From Hydrolagus colliei (lineage: Eukaryota): a stretch of 64,000 nt of DNA. The first letter of the stretch is position 1. Each line of letters begins with the position of its first letter. The stretch spans positions 8,680,001-8,744,000 of the forward strand of contig CM068761.1 of NCBI GenBank assembly GCA_035084275.1. Direction: 5' to 3'. Positions 57,301-64,000 of this stretch are shown here, one piece after another. The position numbers were made by a program, and so were the translations under genes. The notes under the pieces are model-generated. The model saw only the letters and a program-made list of their open reading frames with translations, did no database searches and was not told where the DNA came from.

Positions 57301-58399
57301 GTTGGGGGGGGGTTGGTAGGGGAGTGTGTAATTGACGTCTATATTGATCTTATCTGATTTATTGATGATGTCCTTGGAAATAGAATTTTGGAATATTCTA
57401 TTGCATTCTCATCCAGCTGATTTCTGAGTCAATCTGTCTGACAGTCATCAAAGGCATTGCTGGTGACAGACCAGCCGATTCTGTTAGAGTGGAAGACCAT
57501 TCAGTTGGTCATGCTGCCATACGATTAACCACGTTATGTTGTTCTATTATCCAAAGTGTTGCCTTCGGAATATGACAACCATCAAAATGTTTAAGTGTAT
57601 CCAAATACACAGAGGTTCCAAAAAATGTGCAAACAATACATGGAAATTTATATGAACAGACTGAAATTTGTGCTCTTTTTTGGATGGAAACAATTTAAAA
57701 GGGTTTGTTTTAGTCTGACATATATATTTCTTGAAATATTTTCCGAGTACCAAGATGTTTTAATGTGGTTTTGTACATTCTCTAGAACTACTTCTACTGA
57801 CAGCACTATTCTTACTTAGATTGTTGTTTCCATTTTTCCAATAATGTTCATTGTTTCCATTATGTTTTCAGATTCATTCCACTTCAATAGTCTTAGCGAA
57901 TATGCGGATAGAGATTCCACCTAGACCTAGATGTAATGACAAATCATTTCAGAACATGCAGGATTTGTTACGTGCTTAAATAAGATCCTTCATTTTTAAC
58001 TTTGTTGGAAATAATTTTAAAACTACAGAAAACATTTTTTAACATTGAATATGAATTTAAGAAGTGGAAAAGTTCTGCAAACTCTAAAGTGCTACATTAC
58101 AACAGTAAATCTGGACACAAGTGAAATTTCTAGCCAAGTTGTCCTACATTCGTCAGGACAGCGTGAGGACCAGTGGTATAGACTGCAATCCGGTGGTAGT
58201 AGGCACTGTCTCAGAAGAAATTAAACAGTTTGCTCCAGACCAAATTATAAATGAGTTAAATTTTTGTTTCAAGGATGATTATTATTATCAAAACATAATT
58301 TTATTTTTTTATAAATTTATTATCCCCACCTGAGTCCAGGAATCCGGGAGAAACGTTCTTTCCCCTTTCAATTACCTCAAGGTGGGAGAGGAGGTATCA

Positions 58400-59125
58400 T
58401 CAGACCAGTCAAGGACACATCCAGGCCATGACCAGTATTAGTTTCTCCCACCTTTGCAACATCGCCAGATTTCGCCACTGTCTCACCCCTCAGACTGCCG
58501 AAACCCTTGCCATGCATTCATCATACCAAGGCTCAACTGTGGAAACTCCCTCCTCATTGGCCTTCCTGGTTCTTCCTTGCACAAGCTGCAGATCATCCAG
58601 AACTCTGTAGCTCATGTCCTCACCCACATCAAGCTCTGTGACCACATCACTCCCACCCTTGCCCCGCTCCATTGGATCCCCATTCCCCAGAGGATCGAAT
58701 TCAAGATTCTCATCCTCGCCTTCAAGGCCATTCATGACGTTGCTCCCCCCCCCCCCCCCCCACCAACCCCTCTGACCTGTTGTCCCCCTATGAACTTCCC
58801 GCCCCATCTGTTCAGCGGGCACTGCTCCATGTGCCCTCCCCAACCCTCCTTACCATCAACCTCTCTGCCCCCACACTCTGGAACTCCATCCCACGATGCG
58901 TTCACCTTGCTCCCTCCCTCGCCTCTTTCTAAGCCAATCTCAAGATCCTCCTCTTTGACCATGCCTTCGACTGCTCTCCTAACTCTCTCCCTCCCCTCTT
59001 AACTGTCTCCCACCGCTCTCACCTACCCTGCCCTTGTCCCTTGCTTGGGTACCGACCTGACTGTTCAGCAACTTGGGACATCTTCCCGACGTGAAAGTCG
59101 CTCTATAAATGTAATTTTGTTGCTG
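58400..59125 (+). mobile_element. L2 3' fragment
   Basis: IARFRHCLTPQTAETL...PRLNCGNSLLIGLP...LHWIPIPQRIEFKIL, with a canonical tail. Confidence 0.85.
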
Positions 59126-59179
59126 TTGTGGAATTCTACTGCTGCAAATGCTACCCTGTTTCCCAACAAAAACGGTCAC

Positions 59180-60610
59180 CACATGCGCCAGCGCTAGTAC
59201 GATTGGCAATCTTTAATGATAATAATTGTGCTATGTAATCTTATGGAGATTGTGTTCATTGTATCAGAAGTGTCCAAAGCAGCAAACGAATTCATTTTGC
59301 AAATACTTTCCTTAAATATCCTGCCAGAAGGAAGGAAACTCTTAGTTGTTTTTCAGTAATGCCTTGAAATCGGCAACAGTAACACGCAGACATTTTGATG
59401 GAATTGAGTGTGCATCTTCACTGTACAATGATCAAACCCTTGTGTAACATTACAACAATAACAAATACCTCATTTTAAAACATGACTGTAATTTTCGTCT
59501 GTGCTCTGACTCTATTTCTTCCAGTTCTTCTCTTGTACAAACCATTATTTTTTATTTATTCATAAGCAGTAAATATTTAATGATTCGATGGAACTACACA
59601 CACAAAATTCCGCCCTAGATGATGAAATATGGCACTAGGAATTTATAGGACCAAGGGAATAAACGTACAGTATTCAATTTGTTTGTGGCCCCATTCTAGG
59701 TTCTACAGAATATGGCACTGATTTAAAAATATTTCCGCAATGTTTCTATTAAGTAACAAACATTCTTCCAGGTTAAGAGCATGTGAAATATTGTATTGCA
59801 GTATTTAGTAGCGACGTTAATGTTGAACAAAACAATATAAATCTAAAGTGTCCAGCGACGTGCATGATGCCCCAAATCCATTGTTGACAAGTATTGATTT
59901 CCCTTCCAAGGTCCCTTTGCTCAGGTTCCATTGACATATTAACACTGCATGTGTTACTGACGTTTATATCAACAGTCCAAGGCTGTATAATGTTTATGTT
60001 AAAATTTACCATTTGTTGCAAAATGTTACATGGGTAGGTATCATATTGTGCATATGATATGGTAGATCAATGGTGAAACAAATATAAAATGTTGGATTAT
60101 TTAACTGGAATTAGCATAAGAGAGTGACAAGATAACAATGTTTCTGTAACGTCCAAACCACAGCAGTTGGTGAAGTAATGCAGAAGCTCGCACCATTTTC
60201 AAGTAAACTTTTAGAATTGTAAACATACAAAAATCATGTCTGAATGACCCAGTATATGTGGATAATATGCTGGTGGGCATTTATGTTTAAATCAGGAGAA
60301 TTGAATGATTGGGGAAAAAAATAGACAAGAGATGGAACTAATATCACCAATGATTATTGACAAACTCAACACAACCGACAGTAAACAAACTGTTTCCTAC
60401 ATTCCAGAAGAGATAACGTGTTACTTCCTTTATCTGAGAATTTGCATCTATTACTGGTTATTAGTACCAACCAGTACCCATGACCCATGTATTCGGTACA
60501 AGCATTGTGATCCGTAGGCTGATTTGTGAGTCGAAGTGTCGATTGTTCTTAATGGAGAGATGAAATTTAACAAGTTTATTTTGACCATCCTTCAGGATCG
60601 TTTTGTATTT
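59180..60610 (+). pseudogene. Relic of a fifth IgL cluster: C 3' UTR and downstream flank without the C exon
   Basis: 59180-59520 aligns with the C4 3' UTR (53560-53870). 60400-60600 aligns with 54480-54650 and the reverse complement of 9050-9230, including an octamer at 60440-60447. Confidence 0.6.
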
Positions 60611-60899
60611 TATTTTAGTAGCTCCTGAGTCATCATAGTTTCACCGTGTAAATAGGAATAAATTTTGTTATGGCAGAAACTGTTATTTTTACATCAAGTA
60701 GTCTCATTTTATCAATCATAAAGCATCAGTACACATTTAAGTCTTTAAACATGTTTTTCTTTGAAATTGGCACTATTGAACAGACTTCACTATTGCACTG
60801 CCTCACCTCAGAGCTTCAACCATCAATGTAATCACAAATGATATTTCTTTCGTCAGTCGGGTTTACTATAACCATTAGAACTCATCAAAATATAAAGTA

Positions 60900-61660
60900 C
60901 AACAATAATAAAATAAGAAGAGTTATCTTTTACCATCAAAAAGATCCCAAAGCGAACTGACATGCAATATTATTGATGTGGCTATCCCAAGTGCTTCTAA
61001 GTAAGGAATAAGGAATTTGGGAAAACAGAAAATATATTGATCTGCAAATTGATTGTGGAATGTATGTAGCAAAATAAATCACATGTTAAACCTACAATCA
61101 TCGGTGCAACTGTGTCTTTTAATACAACAACAAAGTTGTATTTGTATAGCGCCTATCACTTAGGGAGGACTTCCCAAGGTGTTGGATAGACAGTAATTCA
61201 CACCTGGACTGATAGGCATTGAGGAAATTGGAGGGCAGGGGAGGAAGGAGATTGAAAAGCAAGGTCGAAGAGGTGGGTCTTGAGGTGGGTCTTGAAGAAG
61301 GCAAGGGATGGGGCACAATGCAGGGACTGTGGCATAGCGTTCCAGAGGGTGGAAGCGGAGTGTTAAAGGCCTTCCAATAGTGCGGCAGGCTAGGCAGGTG
61401 ACGTGAAACAGGTTGGAGCTACTGAGTGGAGGGAGCAGGTAGGTTGGTAGGGGGAAGGAGGTCACAGAGGTAGGGGGGAGCGTGGCCATAATAATACTAT
61501 TTATTGATTATTTCCGTCTGGAATAAACATTTCTAAACTAAAGGCAGGATATTCAGAGTTATTCTGAAGCTTTAAGCAATATTCCAGAGGTATTTCAATT
61601 GACAGTATGATGGTTGCACTATTCTTAGACACCATTCAATTTCTGCAATATTGTTTATTG
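60900..61660 (+). mobile_element. R4/Dong-like relic (paralogue of 37660-37910) split by an L2 fragment
   Basis: CNIIDVAIP...KYIDLQID...PTIIGAT at 60960-61110. It resumes at ~61500. Confidence 0.5.
61120..61490 (-). mobile_element. L2 3' fragment
   Basis: The aacaacaaagttgtatttgtatagcgcc tail lies at the left end. Reads RTIGRPLTLRFHPLE-like frames. Confidence 0.75.
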
Positions 61661-62199
61661 TCTTCATTCTTCAATTCCCTTCAGGGCAAAATGTTGGACA
61701 TGTTTCCTTACTCTACATATTTCTATTTACCTAGCAGTTAGCAGCAACCTTGTTGAAAGTTGGCTTGCTTTTCCATGGGTACTAATTCATTCCAACAAAA
61801 CAATAATAGTAATAAATTGGTCACTGAATCCATAACTGTTTGTGAATCATCGATGCGCTATCAACAGAAAAATGCATAAGGTATTGTGCCACTTGCATGC
61901 TGAAAGTGAAGTGCTTTGTTCTTGAGGAATATACCTCAAACACATTTCTGGGCTCATCATTCCCTTATTCAGTGTCCAACGCCATCCATATGTCGCATTC
62001 AGTGAGATTGGCCTGTGGAAGGGGTATAATATAGAAGGAACTTGCCATCATTGCTTTTCATCAATGTTACGGTCACATTTTGCAGTTTTATTTTGCAGAG
62101 TATTGTTGCTCTTCCTGTTGCTATGAAAAATATCAAATGCAAATTTGTGATTTTGGAGAATATTTGAGCAGAAATTCCACTTGGGCTACTGAACTATCC

Positions 62200-62520
62200 A
62201 TATCAGCCTGCCTTTCCCCTCCGTTCAGTGGGCTCTGACCTGCTCCATGTCCCCTGCCCGAACTACCATAGCATTCGTGGCTGGGCTTTCAGCCACTCTG
62301 CCCCCACACTCTGGAACTTCATCCCACAATCCCTTCACATCACTTCTGCCGTTTCGTCCTTCAAGCGATTCTAAAGACATTTCTCTTCAACCGTACCTTC
62401 TTCTGCCCTCCTAACTCTCCTCCTTCCCCCTTCCCCTACCATCCCCCGGTCCCCACCCCAACCCCCGACCCCCCACATGGATCCTGACCTAACTGTTCAG
62501 CGCATTGGGGCATCCTACTC
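62200..62520 (+). mobile_element. L2 3' fragment
   Basis: gggctttcagccactctgcccccacactctggaacttcatcccac...cctgacctaactgttcagcgcattgggg. Confidence 0.7.
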
Positions 62521-62669
62521 TCTGCTTACTACCCGATAGCCATTCTTTTATCTAGGTTAATATGTTCCCATTAATCCCATGGGCCTTAATCTTGAGTAGT
62601 TAGTTGAATATGCTGGATATTCGGGCGGCAGTTTGCTGAAATCTAACACAAAATATTAACTTTTTTTAA

Positions 62670-63108
62670 ACATCTTGTTTCTCATCCACAAACCCGAGAA
62701 AGTTAACCGTGAAGTTTAAGAGGAGATTTAGTAGAAGATTTCAAAATTATCAGGGGATTCAAGACAGTGAACAAGAAGCAACTATTTCCACTGGCAACTG
62801 GATTGGTAACCCGAGGACATTAATTTAAAGTAGTTGTTAAGAGAAGTAGAGGGGAGACAAGGAGAAAGTTTTTCAAACATCGTGTTGTTCGCATCTGGAT
62901 TGCATTGCCTGAAAGGGTGGTGGAAGATTATTTGATAACAACTGTTTAGAGAGAAATTCATAGTTATTTGAGGAGGACAGATTGCAGGGCTATGTGGAGA
63001 TCACGGGGGAGAAGGTTTGATTAGGATTACCCTTTTTCAAACAGCTGGCACAAACATAATGCCCAGAATGGCCTTCTGTCTCTGCTGTATGATTCTACGA
63101 TTCTATGA
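62670..63108 (+). mobile_element. Older CR1 3' fragment
   Basis: Degenerate RGDLVEDFKII...LFPL...RGH.FKV...RSRGE.R frame with a tatgattctacgattctatg tail. Confidence 0.8.
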
Positions 63109-63349
63109 ACATCTTCATGCACAAGTATCTCCTTAGCTTTCTGACCTACTTTCTCCCCACTCTACTAACCACTGCGTGAAGGGCATTATTTAAATGCTGT
63201 TTTTGTTCTCCATTATGAAAGTCCATTGTAGACATTGCTGTGCCTTCAAGCTATAGGCAAGAGTATTGTAGTGTTTCACATGGTGATGAAGAGGCTCACA
63301 TGGAGTTCCTGGAATCTAATGGTTACCTAATGAAGCCTGAAAAATGCGC

Positions 63350-64000
63350 GTGTTAGATATCAAATTAAAAAAAAGGAAGGGTGACCTAAGGCATGGTCAA
63401 AGAGTAACATCTTGAGCTGGGCTTTCAAGGAGCGGAGGGATGTGGCAAGGTGAAAGAATGGGATTCTAGAGGCTGAAAGACTGAATGCTGAACTGCTGCG
63501 ACAGGTAGGGCATAGTATATGGAGCAGGCTACTGCGCACCAACCATAGGGAGAGAAAGGTAGGTAAAATTGTAGCAGTCAGATGGAGCAGAACCATGGAT
63601 GGCTTGAAAAGTGAGGTTAAGAATCACAAGCTTATTCCTCTAGCTTCTGGAGAGCCTGTGGAGCACAGAGTTGGGAGGCCTGAAAAGCTGGAAGTTAGTT
63701 TAGCATAGTCAAGCCACAACGTGATTAAAGTAAATGTGATTAATGGATGTGCTTGGGGGGAAAGGCAGGCAATTATGTGGAGGTGGGCAAGGCTGAATTG
63801 GAAAAGGCACAGATGTAGGACGAACAAAACAGCAACTTTCTGTATTGGTTCTGTGAGGTGGCGAGTTCATGTATGATGAGGAATAATGATGCAGTCAGTA
63901 CCTGAGGTGAGAATGCATTGGTAGGAGCCAAGAAGCAGAGCCTTCATCGTATCAATATTCAAATGTAGAAAGTTGACTTTCATCAGGACTGGATGCCTGA
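63350..64000 (-). mobile_element. Degenerate L2 fragment
   Basis: Reverse-complement frames resemble FSLSASRI...LRSLKAQLKMLLFDHAL and AHLHIIACLSPQA. Confidence 0.55.

Overview
Vertebrate genomic DNA, almost certainly from a cartilaginous fish. The species cannot be determined from the sequence. The window is part of a multi-cluster immunoglobulin light-chain locus of the lambda/type II class, in which V and J are pre-joined in the germline with no RSS. Clusters 1 and 3 (minus strand) look intact: octamer promoter, leader, VJ exon, C exon and polyA signal. Cluster 2 (minus) is a pseudogene: its V is 5'-truncated by a DNA transposon and its C has a 22-nt frameshifting deletion. Cluster 4 (plus, head-to-head with cluster 3) keeps an intact C exon, a degraded promoter and half a leader, but its VJ exon is replaced by LINE2 sequence. 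A fifth relic keeps only the C 3' UTR and downstream flank. Spacers are paralogous between clusters, so filled and empty insertion sites can be compared inside the window. They contain young CR1 LINEs (one nested), many L2 fragments, tRNA-derived SINEs, two families of non-autonomous TIR transposons, and small RTE, R4-like and Penelope-like relics. The most unusual object is a 1.4-kb insertion with a 15-bp TSD that joins a histone H2B pseudogene to a RUNDC1-like fragment between two L2 3' tails. All alignments and counts were done by eye and need computational confirmation.
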